Shown here: positions 8,769 to 17,602 of the stretch, piece by piece | Position numbering within the stretch: position 1 is the stretch's first letter | Layout: every line of letters begins with the position of its first letter | The notes under the pieces: generated by a model | Seen by the model: only the letters and a program-made list of their open reading frames with translations | Database searches by the model: none | What the model was told of the DNA's origin: nothing | Assembly: GCA_043821365.1 (NCBI GenBank) | Contig: JBDRCX010000006.1 | Span: forward strand, 711,417 to 775,416 | Length of the DNA: 64,000 nt | Direction: 5' to 3' | From: Candidatus Micrarchaeota archaeon | Lineage (GTDB): Archaea > Micrarchaeota > Micrarchaeia > Anstonellales > Bilamarchaeaceae | Made by a program: the position numbers and the translations under genes

Positions 8769-8963
8769 CTAAACACGTGGATAACGTAACACATTTTGCA
8801 CAATATCCACATGAGACATAAACATACGTCTACAACAATAACGATCAACACCAAGTTCATCCATTATCACATCTGGTTTTTTGTCATTTAAAGACATCTT
8901 ATATTGTTCATACAAGTGTCCAATGACAGAACCACACGTGAAACATCTTACTGGAAATTCCAT
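8769..8963 (-). CDS. rpoN: DNA-directed RNA polymerase subunit N (Rpb10 homolog)
   Basis: MEFPVRCFTCGSVIG ... RYCCRRM zinc motif, 64 aa. GAGGTGA Shine-Dalgarno upstream. Confidence 0.95.
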   Translation of the reverse strand: MEFPVRCFTCGSVIGHLYEQYKMSLNDKKPDVIMDELGVDRYCCRRMFMSHVDIVQNVLRYPRV

Positions 8964-8976
8964 TTTTATTCACCTC

Positions 8977-9090
8977 ATCGAAATTCCTATTTCGATTAAG
9001 TAAAAATGTACATGCATTTTTACACTGCGCTTTTTAGAAAAAAGCGCGCAAAAATTTTTTATTTATTTTGGGGTGTGGGGTCTCCCCCAC
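8977..9090. repeat. Four consecutive hairpins filling the rps9-rpoN spacer
   Basis: The hairpins are atcgaaattcctatttcgat (8977-8996), gtaaaaatg-tacatg-catttttac (9000-9023), gcgctttttagaaaaaagcgc + gcaaaaa (9027-9054) and gtggggtctcccccac (9075-9090). Confidence 0.6.
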
Positions 9091-9103
9091 AAACAAACCA
9101 AAA

Positions 9104-9829
9104 TCACCTGTATGATTTTTGGAACCTGGCCCTTGCCTTTGGTCCACGGAACTTCTTTGGTTCAACCCGTCTTGTATCATCAACTATTAATGAACGATCG
9201 ATTGTAATGAATTTTTCCTTAAGGTTCATCTCATCAAAGTATGCTACTAGTGCGTTTGCTATTGCTGTTCTTGCTGCTTGTGCTTGGCCCATCACTCCAC
9301 CGCCATTAACATTGACTGCAATGTCTATGTTATTTGCTTCTGGACCAACGTACTTTATTGGCTCTCTTATTATTTCTCTTATGTAAGAATTGTTAATTGA
9401 TTCAATGTTTCTGCTGTTCAATCGTATTACTCCTTTGCCTTTAGTTATTGTTGCACGTGCTACGCTCTCTTTTCTTTTTCCTCTTGTAACAAAAACTTTT
9501 GTTTCTATTTTTTTCGATGGTTTCTTTCTTTTCTTTTTTGGACTTGGTTTTTTCTCTTCTGTTTTGTGTTCGTGAGTTTCTTTTTTCTCTTCGTGTTTAT
9601 GTTCTACATGGGTGTGTGCCTTTTTCTCAGGTACTTCGTGTTTATGTTCTGTGTGTTTGTGCTCTTCTTTCTTTTCATGCTCCTCATGCTTTTTTTCATG
9701 AACATGTTTATGTTCTACATGAGTGTGCGCTTCCTTCTTTTCATGAGCTTCTTTTTTCTCATGTTTAGTGGTGTGAGTTCCTTCCTTCTTTGTTCTTTTC
9801 TTTTTTCCTTCTTTAGTCATGATCATCAA
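9104..9829 (-). CDS. rps9: Ribosomal protein uS9 with a ~105-aa His/Glu/Lys-rich N-terminal extension
   Basis: The C-terminal ~135 aa (GKRKESVARATI ... GGGVMGQAQAARTAIANAL ... DDTRRVEPKKFRGPKARARFQKSYR) is canonical S9. The N-terminus is HEKK/EHKH repeats. The start overlaps the rpl13 stop. Confidence 0.9.
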   Translation of the reverse strand: MMIMTKEGKKKRTKKEGTHTTKHEKKEAHEKKEAHTHVEHKHVHEKKHEEHEKKEEHKHTEHKHEVPEKKAHTHVEHKHEEKKETHEHKTEEKKPSPKKKRKKPSKKIETKVFVTRGKRKESVARATITKGKGVIRLNSRNIESINNSYIREIIREPIKYVGPEANNIDIAVNVNGGGVMGQAQAARTAIANALVAYFDEMNLKEKFITIDRSLIVDDTRRVEPKKFRGPKARARFQKSYR

Positions 9830-10251
9830 CCCGAATAACCTATACTTTTACAGATCTCGTAGATAGTAACATGCTTGGAAATGCCATCATAGTCTGCATT
9901 TTCTATTTTCATGTTTACTTCCATGTTCTTTGGATTACCAGTATGAACTCTTAGTCTTCCCAAAGCAATCTTTCCTCTGCTACTTTTCATTGGTAGCATT
10001 CCTCTTATCATTCGTTTAACAAATAAGTGTGGAATTTTTGGCCAAGTCGGAGACTTCTCAGGTGTACCTTTGTGCTTAAGACCTCTTTTTGTCAAATATC
10101 TTTGTGTTATTTCTTTTGGATTTCCATTTATCACTATTTTCTCAGCATTTATTAAATGGATTTCATCTCCGTTTATGAGTTTCTTTGCAATCTGACTTGC
10201 AAGCCTTCCAAAAATCATATTCTCTCCATTAATGACATTCATGAATATCAC
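9826..10251 (-). CDS. rpl13: Ribosomal protein uL13
   Basis: GRLASQIAKKL ... VINAEKIVI.G ... MLP...RG motif pattern. Located inside the L18e-L13-S9-RpoN operon. Confidence 0.9.
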   Translation of the reverse strand: MIFMNVINGENMIFGRLASQIAKKLINGDEIHLINAEKIVINGNPKEITQRYLTKRGLKHKGTPEKSPTWPKIPHLFVKRMIRGMLPMKSSRGKIALGRLRVHTGNPKNMEVNMKIENADYDGISKHVTIYEICKSIGYSG

Positions 10252-10604
10252 TTTAGTATGACAACTCCCTTTCCATCGGGGTTAGTCTTTTTTAGGCTTT
10301 CAATTGTAATCGCCTGTCCGCCAGCCATGCTGATCAACTGTCTTGCACTTTCGCTAAAAGCAAATGCTGCCACAGTGATCTTTTTTGAAACATTTCCAGA
10401 ACCAAGTACTTTTCCTGGAACAAGAATTGTTTCATCTCCTTCTGCATACGCATCAATCTTACTTAGATTTACCTCTATCTTCTTTCGCCTTGGTTTTGAA
10501 AGCTCATAAGCTACCTTTTTCCAAAGCGGTTTGTCAGTTTTCATCAGATCTACAATCAAAGATTTAAGGATCTGATTATCTTTTTGTCTTTTCATATTCG
10601 CCAC
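10248..10604 (-). CDS. rpl18e: Ribosomal protein eL18 (L18e)
   Basis: PLWKKVAYELSKPRRKKIEVNLSKI ... ILVPGKVLG. Conserved operon position. Confidence 0.9.
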   Translation of the reverse strand: MANMKRQKDNQILKSLIVDLMKTDKPLWKKVAYELSKPRRKKIEVNLSKIDAYAEGDETILVPGKVLGSGNVSKKITVAAFAFSESARQLISMAGGQAITIESLKKTNPDGKGVVILK

Positions 10605-10738
10605 CTACGGCTCGCCCCTGTTTTAGAGCAGGGACTCTACCTTGAATAAGCGTTATTATAACGTTAGGGAACATTTAAAATGCTAATGATAACTCGTTTA
10701 TGTCCTAATTATATAAAAAAGAAAATAAAATAAAGAAA

Positions 10739-11125
10739 TTATGCTGGTCTTGCCAGGTCATATATTTGTTTCAATGCAACCACGAACGCTGCCGGAGCAA
10801 CGAATACGCTAAGTGCACTTAGGAACTGATATACAAAGACTCCTAAAGGACCCGTCATACCGCCAGTTACCTCGCTCATCTTAGCCACAACTTCGTTAAT
10901 AGAATTCATTACCATCAGGAGGGCTATGGTCGCGACGAGGAATTGCATAATTTCTTTGTCCGATATGTTCATAAGGCCTACAATAATACCCAACAAACCC
11001 AATACTGCAAGTACCAATGGCAATGCAGTTCCAAGCATGTTTGAGGCTAGACCTATCACAATGGCAATAACAAATCCACCAAGGAATGCATATTGGCCAT
11101 AGTTAACTGTTGTTGATTTTCCCAT
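10739..11125 (-). CDS. Small integral membrane protein, function unknown
   Basis: 128 aa with 3-4 hydrophobic helices. GGTGA SD upstream. Confidence 0.6.
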   Translation of the reverse strand: MGKSTTVNYGQYAFLGGFVIAIVIGLASNMLGTALPLVLAVLGLLGIIVGLMNISDKEIMQFLVATIALLMVMNSINEVVAKMSEVTGGMTGPLGVFVYQFLSALSVFVAPAAFVVALKQIYDLARPA

Positions 11126-11207
11126 TTTACTATCACCTCGATTGACCAGTAAAACGATAACTAGATTTTAAAATCCTCCGATTGCCCTTCGTCAATTGTA
11201 CTGGTTT

Positions 11208-12050
11208 TTATAGTAAAATTGCTAGAAATAGACCAGACATTCCCAACAAAAACGACACCAAGCTTGCATCTCTTGCAAATTTTAGTTTGTTGTTTATTGC
11301 TTTGTAACAAATCAACAGTATGATAATATCGGCTATAACGATGAGTGTACCTGGTATAATGCTCATCGTCAGCCCAACTAAAAACGGTGCCGCGCTTAGG
11401 GGTATAAATAAAATATATAATATTGCTGCAATCAACAATGCAGGTTGTTTTCCAATCACTATGGGGAGTGTTTTTGATTTTCTTGCTTTTCTATCTCCTT
11501 CCATATCCTGTATTGATTTTATTATTTCCCTTGCTAGACCAGCTACAAAACCTAATAGTGCCAGAATAATTGCAAGAAGAGATAAAGAATTTGAAACCAC
11601 AAAATTTCCAAAGATAAATGGTATTGCCATTGTTAATGCGATGTAAACATTTCCAAGTAATGGCAAGTCTTTCAATTTCCAATTATATAATATGGCAAAA
11701 AGATTGAATAGAATGACAATCGCAAATACTATATAGTTAATATAATATGCAAATACCACTGATGCTATTAGCGAGAGTATCGAGAAATACAATGCAAATT
11801 CCTTTGTTATTGTACCATCAACTAAAGGCCTGTTCTTTGCTTTGTTTAATCTATCTGTTTCAATATCAAAATAGTCATTCAATGCAAAAGAACCCATCTC
11901 ACTGAAGATTGGAACCAATAAAGATAGGATTATTATAGGGGATACTAGGGGTAAGGAACCAAGAACAATGGTTTCTGCTATCAAAACTGCAAAAGCAAGC
12001 ATTATTGCATGCTCGAATCTTGTGAGTTTTATGAATTCCTTTAGGAACAT
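11208..12050 (-). CDS. UbiA-family prenyltransferase, likely digeranylgeranylglyceryl phosphate synthase
   Basis: Polytopic membrane protein with NDYFDIETDRLNKAKNRPL and a second D-rich motif, IQDMEGDRKA. Confidence 0.8.
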   Translation of the reverse strand: MFLKEFIKLTRFEHAIMLAFAVLIAETIVLGSLPLVSPIIILSLLVPIFSEMGSFALNDYFDIETDRLNKAKNRPLVDGTITKEFALYFSILSLIASVVFAYYINYIVFAIVILFNLFAILYNWKLKDLPLLGNVYIALTMAIPFIFGNFVVSNSLSLLAIILALLGFVAGLAREIIKSIQDMEGDRKARKSKTLPIVIGKQPALLIAAILYILFIPLSAAPFLVGLTMSIIPGTLIVIADIIILLICYKAINNKLKFARDASLVSFLLGMSGLFLAILL

Positions 12051-12181
12051 AATCTTACCTTGTTGTTTTAGTTTAAAACATTATCCACTTTCAAATCAAT
12101 CACATCTTTTGATTCAGTTAATTGTTGGTTCACACACTTTTTTATAATTATTTCTGTGTAATATCATTCCAGGGGGATTTT

Positions 12182-12658
12182 ATGAAAGAGATTATAGACG
12201 AAATCGATAAGAAAATTTTGGCTGTTTTGATTGACAATTCAAAAACACAGTTGAAAAAACTGTCAAAAACTTTGAGAATACACCCAAATACTCTGTTACA
12301 ACGCATCAAAAAATTGGAGCATGAAAATATTTTGATGAAATATTCTGCAGTTGTTAATTTTACAAAAATTGATAGAAGAATGCAAGCTTTGATGTTTTTA
12401 GATGTTGATATGACAAAAGGCTGGGAGGAAGCAATTAGGCCATTGGCTAAATTACCAGAGGTTGTTTCTTTTTTACTAATCACTGGGGATCATGATGTTT
12501 TGATAATTGCAAGAGTTAAGGATGAATATCATTTGGGGGATTTGATGAGAAGATTTCAGGCAACTAAAGTTGTGAAAAAAACAACAACTCATTTGATTGT
12601 AGATACTTATAGGGAACCATACGAGTATAATCCTTTGAGGGATGAATTGAGGTTTTAA
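12182..12658 (+). CDS. Lrp/AsnC family transcriptional regulator (paralog 2)
   Basis: LKKLSKTLRIHPNTLLQRIKKLEHENILMKY. The ATG at 12182 is preceded by AGGGGGA. The ORF track start at 12122 is probably too long. Confidence 0.85.
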   Translation: MKEIIDEIDKKILAVLIDNSKTQLKKLSKTLRIHPNTLLQRIKKLEHENILMKYSAVVNFTKIDRRMQALMFLDVDMTKGWEEAIRPLAKLPEVVSFLLITGDHDVLIIARVKDEYHLGDLMRRFQATKVVKKTTTHLIVDTYREPYEYNPLRDELRF

Positions 12659-13635
12659 TTTTTCACAAATAAATGCAATCTCATGGAATGGAATTCATCA
12701 ATTGGAGCTACTGCTCTTTCTTCTAGTTTTGTGAAACCATTTGTTATAAAGTGACCTATTAACTCTCCCGGGTGTTTTAGGGGTCTAACTATTGCATCAA
12801 GAAATAATGCTATGTCTAATGGTAAAACTGGAGAAATCCTAAATGGATCTTCTTCAATCACAACTGCAATTCCACCAGTAACCAAAGCATCTTTAATAGC
12901 CCTAACCATTCTGGGTTTATCATCATTACTAATCAAATGAAACGTTTGTGAACAAACAACTGTTCTAAATCCTCCAATAGAAAAATCATAAGCACTCATG
13001 TTTGTGTGTCTAATATCTATTCCTAATTTCTCCCGTGCTTTTTCAAGCATCTTTGGTGAAACCTCATTAATATGAACAGGTTGAATTTCCTGTTCTGGTG
13101 CTAACAATGCATGGTCAATACCAGCAGCTCTCATAATTCTACTTCGTTCTAAAATCTCTTGAACATATCTCATTGGTTCTCCAGTTCCTGCTGTCAAATC
13201 AACTATTGGAGTTCTAAGAAAAGGGGCAGCATATTGCAAAACAGTTCTTATTGCCTGGTAATGTCTTGTTTCTATTCCCATGTGCTGATCATACCTATCT
13301 GAAAACTGATCATAAAGCATTGCAAAAAATCTTACTCTCTGTGCAAGATTAAAACTATCATAAATTTGTTTTATTGCAGCCTGCGCTTTTTCGATCACAA
13401 TATCTCTTTTTCTTTTTTCAACTGCAAATTCATTTACTAATCTGAATAAGTTTGGGACACTTACTGTTCTTGGGTCAGCTGCTAATAATTCTAAAATTGG
13501 TCGAGGTAATCTTTCCTGTTGTCTTTGTACTCGTCTCCCACCCATCACTACTACTGTTGTTATGGAAGGTTTAAAATGGTTATAATTAACATGACTATCT
13601 AAAAATCTAATCATCGATTTATATCCATGGACCAA
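12655..13635 (-). CDS. Class I SAM-dependent methyltransferase (paralog of domain 1 of 7114-8649)
   Basis: LYDQFSDRYDQHM ... VDLTAGTGE ... SQTFHLISND ... AVVIEEDP ... IDEFHSMRLHLF. The start is uncertain: TTG at 13635, or an internal ATG at 13614. Confidence 0.75.
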   Translation of the reverse strand: MVHGYKSMIRFLDSHVNYNHFKPSITTVVVMGGRRVQRQQERLPRPILELLAADPRTVSVPNLFRLVNEFAVEKRKRDIVIEKAQAAIKQIYDSFNLAQRVRFFAMLYDQFSDRYDQHMGIETRHYQAIRTVLQYAAPFLRTPIVDLTAGTGEPMRYVQEILERSRIMRAAGIDHALLAPEQEIQPVHINEVSPKMLEKAREKLGIDIRHTNMSAYDFSIGGFRTVVCSQTFHLISNDDKPRMVRAIKDALVTGGIAVVIEEDPFRISPVLPLDIALFLDAIVRPLKHPGELIGHFITNGFTKLEERAVAPIDEFHSMRLHLFVKN

Positions 13636-14574
13636 TACAAAGTTGAAATAATTTCAAGAGAAGAAAAAAATCAATTAATGGAAAAACATGTTTCAAAAAA
13701 TCTCCACGAAAGAAAAGCAATTATTCATGGAACATGTGTGAAATTCTTTACTGATAATCATGAGTTCAAAGACATGTGGGAAGATAATTTTGATCTAATG
13801 CCTGATTGGATAAGACCACACGCAAGGCTATTTGCAATTTCTGGTCCAAAGCTAAAAGTATTATACGAACCATTTTCAAAAACAGTTATCATTGAAGGTT
13901 GCAACTACTATGGCTGGGTAAAAAGTATTGCATTAGCACTAGTAGCAGATTTTATGGAAGATTTTACCTCTGAACATCGAAGATATTCAGTCCATGGTTC
14001 TTTTGTTGATGTTGGTGGGAGAGGTTTAGCCATAATCGGTCCTTCTGGAAGTGGAAAAACAACCTTAACATATGGTCTTCTTCTAGATAAAAAATCAAAC
14101 TTTGTTACTGATGATTGGTTTTTTGTTAGGCTAGCACAAAATGAAACATCGGTATATTCATCTGAAAAGAATTCCTATATTCGTGGAGATCTTGAAAACA
14201 GCTGGCCAGAATACAAAAATAAACTCAAAGGAATAAAGAAAGACAAACAGGATCGTGCAATTGTTGATGTAAAACAATTAATTGGCGGAGATCGAATAAA
14301 ACAAGAATCAATTCTTTCACTGACTATTCTTTTAACAAGAGACAAAAAGTTGCCAGTTGAAACAAAACTAGACAAATATGAGGCACTTGAATTTATGATG
14401 GATAATGACTTTTGCAATCCGCATCAATTAATTAGAAACGAAGAAAAATCAAAACAAAGAATAAGCTTTTTCCGTGAATTATTTAGCCGTACTCCTGTTT
14501 ATTTACTAAACACAATAGAAACACCAGAACAAAGTTTAACAAGACTTAAAACACTTATAAAAAAAGAGGTCTAA
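13627..14574 (+). CDS. HPr-kinase-like (HprK C-terminal fold) P-loop protein with an unknown N-terminal domain
   Basis: HGSFVDVGGRGLAIIGPSGSGKTTLTYGLLL..SNFVTDDW matches the HprK/PEPCK-like Walker-A core. The first ~125 aa are unrecognised. Confidence 0.65.
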   Translation: MDQYKVEIISREEKNQLMEKHVSKNLHERKAIIHGTCVKFFTDNHEFKDMWEDNFDLMPDWIRPHARLFAISGPKLKVLYEPFSKTVIIEGCNYYGWVKSIALALVADFMEDFTSEHRRYSVHGSFVDVGGRGLAIIGPSGSGKTTLTYGLLLDKKSNFVTDDWFFVRLAQNETSVYSSEKNSYIRGDLENSWPEYKNKLKGIKKDKQDRAIVDVKQLIGGDRIKQESILSLTILLTRDKKLPVETKLDKYEALEFMMDNDFCNPHQLIRNEEKSKQRISFFRELFSRTPVYLLNTIETPEQSLTRLKTLIKKEV

Positions 14575-14575
14575 T

Positions 14576-15412
14576 ATGAAAATCGCATTAATCCAAATGA
14601 GTATGACGGACAACCAAGACGAAAACCTTTCAAAAGCATTACAATTTATCAAAGAAGCATCAGAAAAAGGTGCAAAAATTATTTGTCTCCCCGAACTTTT
14701 CACATCAACTTATTTTCCACAAGAAGAAAATGTAAATACAGAAAAATTTACTGAATCAATTCCAGGGAAGAGTCATGATCTACTTTCAAAAGCAGCAAAA
14801 GATAATCAAGTTGTCATAATAGGCGGTTCAATATTTGAGAAAGCAGACAAACTTTACAACACTTCAATGGTTTTCGATGAAAATGGAAAACTTCTTGGAA
14901 ATTATAGAAAAATACACATCCCATATGATGAAAAATTCTATGAAAAAAATTATTTTGAAAAAGGAGATCTTGGTTACAAAGTTTTTGAGACAAAATATGG
15001 CAGAATAGCTGTTCTAATCTGCTATGATCAATGGTTTCCAGAGGCAGCAAGAATTGTTTCCTTAATGGGGGCGGATATGATATTCTATCCAACTGCAATT
15101 GGTATTTGTGATTCAATCAAACAAACAGAAGGAAATTGGCAAGAAGCTTGGGAAGGTGTCCAAAGAGGGCATGCAATTGCAAACGGGGTTGTAGTTGCAG
15201 GGGTTAACAGAGTTGGAAAAGAAGGCGAAACTAATTTTTGGGGAGGTTCCTTTGTATATTCTCAGTTTGGTACATTGATTACCAAAGCAGATGATACTGA
15301 AGGAGTTGTCATTGCAGAAATAAACACAGAACTTGGAAAAGAGGTCAAAGAAGGATGGGGGCTTTTCCATAATAGAAGACCAGAAACTTATCAAAAAATA
15401 ACCGAGAAATGA
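14576..15412 (+). CDS. aguB: N-carbamoylputrescine amidase (carbon-nitrogen hydrolase)
   Basis: Nitrilase-superfamily layout (CLPELF ... YRKIHIP ... ICYDQWFPE) with a Glu-Lys-Cys triad. Adjacent to agmatine deiminase. Confidence 0.85.
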   Translation: MKIALIQMSMTDNQDENLSKALQFIKEASEKGAKIICLPELFTSTYFPQEENVNTEKFTESIPGKSHDLLSKAAKDNQVVIIGGSIFEKADKLYNTSMVFDENGKLLGNYRKIHIPYDEKFYEKNYFEKGDLGYKVFETKYGRIAVLICYDQWFPEAARIVSLMGADMIFYPTAIGICDSIKQTEGNWQEAWEGVQRGHAIANGVVVAGVNRVGKEGETNFWGGSFVYSQFGTLITKADDTEGVVIAEINTELGKEVKEGWGLFHNRRPETYQKITEK

Positions 15413-15431
15413 TTATAATCATTCTTTACAA

Positions 15432-16457
15432 ATGAGATTTATGGATAAATACCGAATGCCTGCGGAATGGGAACAACATGAAGCAACCTGGCTATCCTGG
15501 CCAAAAGATCCTGAGACATTCCCCGATCAAATCTTGCCTAAAGTTGAGAAAATCTACATTGAAATGATAAAAGCACTTCATGAAAAAGAAAAAGTGCATG
15601 TTCTTGTTAATGATGAAAAAACTCAAATAAAAGTTCAAAAACTATTAGATGAAGCAGGAGTTAAAAATAATGTTATTATCCATAAAATCAAAACAGTTGA
15701 CGTGTGGATGCGTGATTATGGCCCTATTTTCGTAAAAAACAATAGCAAAATAAAAATGACAAAATGGATTTTCAATGCATGGGGTGGAAAATACGAACAA
15801 CTTATGCATGATAATTCTGTTGTTGATCAAATGATTCCTCTACTTGGAGATATTGAAGTTACCAAACCAGGAATCATTTTAGAGGGTGGTTCAATTGAAG
15901 TAAATGGTAATGGAACTTTACTAACAACAGAACAATGTTTACTCAATCAGAATAGAAATAAACACCTAAACAAAGAACAAATTGAAGATTATCTTAAACA
16001 ACATCTTGGGGTTTCACATATAATTTGGTTGAAAGAAGGAATAGCTGGTGATGATACTGATGGTCATATAGATGACATTGCAAGGTTTGTTGGACCAAAC
16101 ACAATTCTATGTGCAACTGAACAAACAAAATCAGATGACAACCACCAGATCCTGAATCATAATTTAGAAACACTGAAAAATGCAAAAAATGAAAAAGGCG
16201 AACCGTTCGAAGTTAAAGAACTTCCTATGCCAGGCCGGGTTGATTCACCATACGGAAGATTACCTGCAAGTTATGCTAATTTCTACATAGGAAATGGTGT
16301 GGTCTTACTCCCAACCTTTAATCATAAAAATGATCAAAAGGCAATCTCAATTCTTGAGGAAAATTTTCCTAATCGTAAAGTTGTTCCAATCTATTGCGAA
16401 CCATTGGTGTGGGGACTAGGCGCAATCCATTGCGTTACGCAGCAGCAGCCCATTTAA
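15432..16457 (+). CDS. aguA: Agmatine deiminase
   Basis: RMPAEWEQHEATWLSWP, VWMRDYGP, GGSIEVNG, TDGHIDD, and a C-terminal GAIHCVTQQQP catalytic Cys motif. Confidence 0.9.
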   Translation: MRFMDKYRMPAEWEQHEATWLSWPKDPETFPDQILPKVEKIYIEMIKALHEKEKVHVLVNDEKTQIKVQKLLDEAGVKNNVIIHKIKTVDVWMRDYGPIFVKNNSKIKMTKWIFNAWGGKYEQLMHDNSVVDQMIPLLGDIEVTKPGIILEGGSIEVNGNGTLLTTEQCLLNQNRNKHLNKEQIEDYLKQHLGVSHIIWLKEGIAGDDTDGHIDDIARFVGPNTILCATEQTKSDDNHQILNHNLETLKNAKNEKGEPFEVKELPMPGRVDSPYGRLPASYANFYIGNGVVLLPTFNHKNDQKAISILEENFPNRKVVPIYCEPLVWGLGAIHCVTQQQPI

Positions 16458-16489
16458 ATATTAGTGTTGTTAGTGTCACAGGTGAAAGA

Positions 16490-16768
16490 ATGGTAGCGAA
16501 AAAAACAAAAAAAGTAGAGAAAATTGAAGAATGTTGCTGCGAAGATCCATCTTGTTTAAATACAGTAGAACGTCCACCTATGAGTGGTATGTGTTATGCT
16601 ATAGGGGGCATTCTTGCAATGTTTGCCGGGGTAGTCTTTCTCCTTGGAGCTTTCGGGAGTGTTGATACTATGACAGTTTACATAGCTGCAGGTATTCTTC
16701 TTGTATTCCATGGATTGGGGGGAGTTCTTCACGTTATTCGCGGATGTCCAATGTGCAAACCTAAATAA
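16490..16768 (+). CDS. Small two-TM protein with Cys clusters at both ends
   Basis: The ATG at 16490 is preceded by AGGTGA. Contains CCCEDPSC ... two hydrophobic helices ... RGCPMCKPK. The ORF track start at 16394 overlaps aguA and is unlikely. Confidence 0.55.
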   Translation: MVAKKTKKVEKIEECCCEDPSCLNTVERPPMSGMCYAIGGILAMFAGVVFLLGAFGSVDTMTVYIAAGILLVFHGLGGVLHVIRGCPMCKPK

Positions 16769-16773
16769 TTTTT

Positions 16774-17547
16774 TTATTTCTTATGCATTTTGAAATAATC
16801 TTCAACATGCATTTGTAATTCTTTATTTGTTTCAAAGCCAAATTTTTGGTGTAACTGAAGCAGGTATGGGTGTGGAGAAAAATGAGGGACTGTTATTGCA
16901 TATCCTTCCATATCCATTGATGCTGACTTTGCATCTGCTCCAATATATTTATCATAAACATTTCTGAATCTAGAAGAAGTTGCCGCTTGTTCTCTTGAGA
17001 CTATCTTACCTTCGATCTTTTGGTTTAGAAAAGCAAATGCAATTTGTTTTTTCTCAGGTTTTCCTGTGATAAGATTAAGCAATGGTTTTTCGATCCGAAC
17101 AACTATCTTTATCTCACCATCGTTTATAGTCATATCATACTCATTTTTTTCAAGATGCAGTAGTAAGAATGATGTAAAAAATTCCTTTGAATCATGGAAA
17201 CTTGTTGCTTTGGAAAGTAGGACCAGTCGTTCTCCATGGAAAAAAATCGAACGCATGGCTCCGTGTGCAAATGAGTTCCCCAATCTTTCTTCACCAATAC
17301 TGACATTTTGGAAATAATTATTTGGTACTGCATATGCTGCTCTTGTTTCAAACATAGGGGAAATAAATTTCACCGGCCAGGTCATTGAGGAATAAAGACT
17401 TCTCGATAATGAAGAAAAACTCTGCGCCATTATCTTTGAATATTCCATCCTTTCTTTGTCTTCTCTATGCATCTTCTCTATGAATTCCACATATTCTGGT
17501 ATATTCTTGGCAGTTTCACAAAATTGGCACATAACTAAAAAAATCAA
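16774..17547 (-). CDS. Hypothetical protein
   Basis: 257-aa ORF with no recognised motif. Divergent from 17603-18673. Confidence 0.5.
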   Translation of the reverse strand: MIFLVMCQFCETAKNIPEYVEFIEKMHREDKERMEYSKIMAQSFSSLSRSLYSSMTWPVKFISPMFETRAAYAVPNNYFQNVSIGEERLGNSFAHGAMRSIFFHGERLVLLSKATSFHDSKEFFTSFLLLHLEKNEYDMTINDGEIKIVVRIEKPLLNLITGKPEKKQIAFAFLNQKIEGKIVSREQAATSSRFRNVYDKYIGADAKSASMDMEGYAITVPHFSPHPYLLQLHQKFGFETNKELQMHVEDYFKMHKK

Positions 17548-17602
17548 GCTTGGTTTTTAAGTTTATTTATTCTATTATCAATACTTTTTAAGGGTTTTAA
17601 AC

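Noticed and set aside
6035-9090. Possibility that the repeated palindromes form a CRISPR array
   Set aside because: The units are not identical and are not regularly spaced by unique spacers. They occur singly at several distant loci, and no cas genes are present.
9006-9838. Plus-strand ORFs (126, 61, 89 and 90 aa) opposite rps9
   Set aside because: These are antisense or alternative-frame readings of the His/Glu/Lys repeat and the S9 core, with low-complexity Phe/Leu/Val composition.
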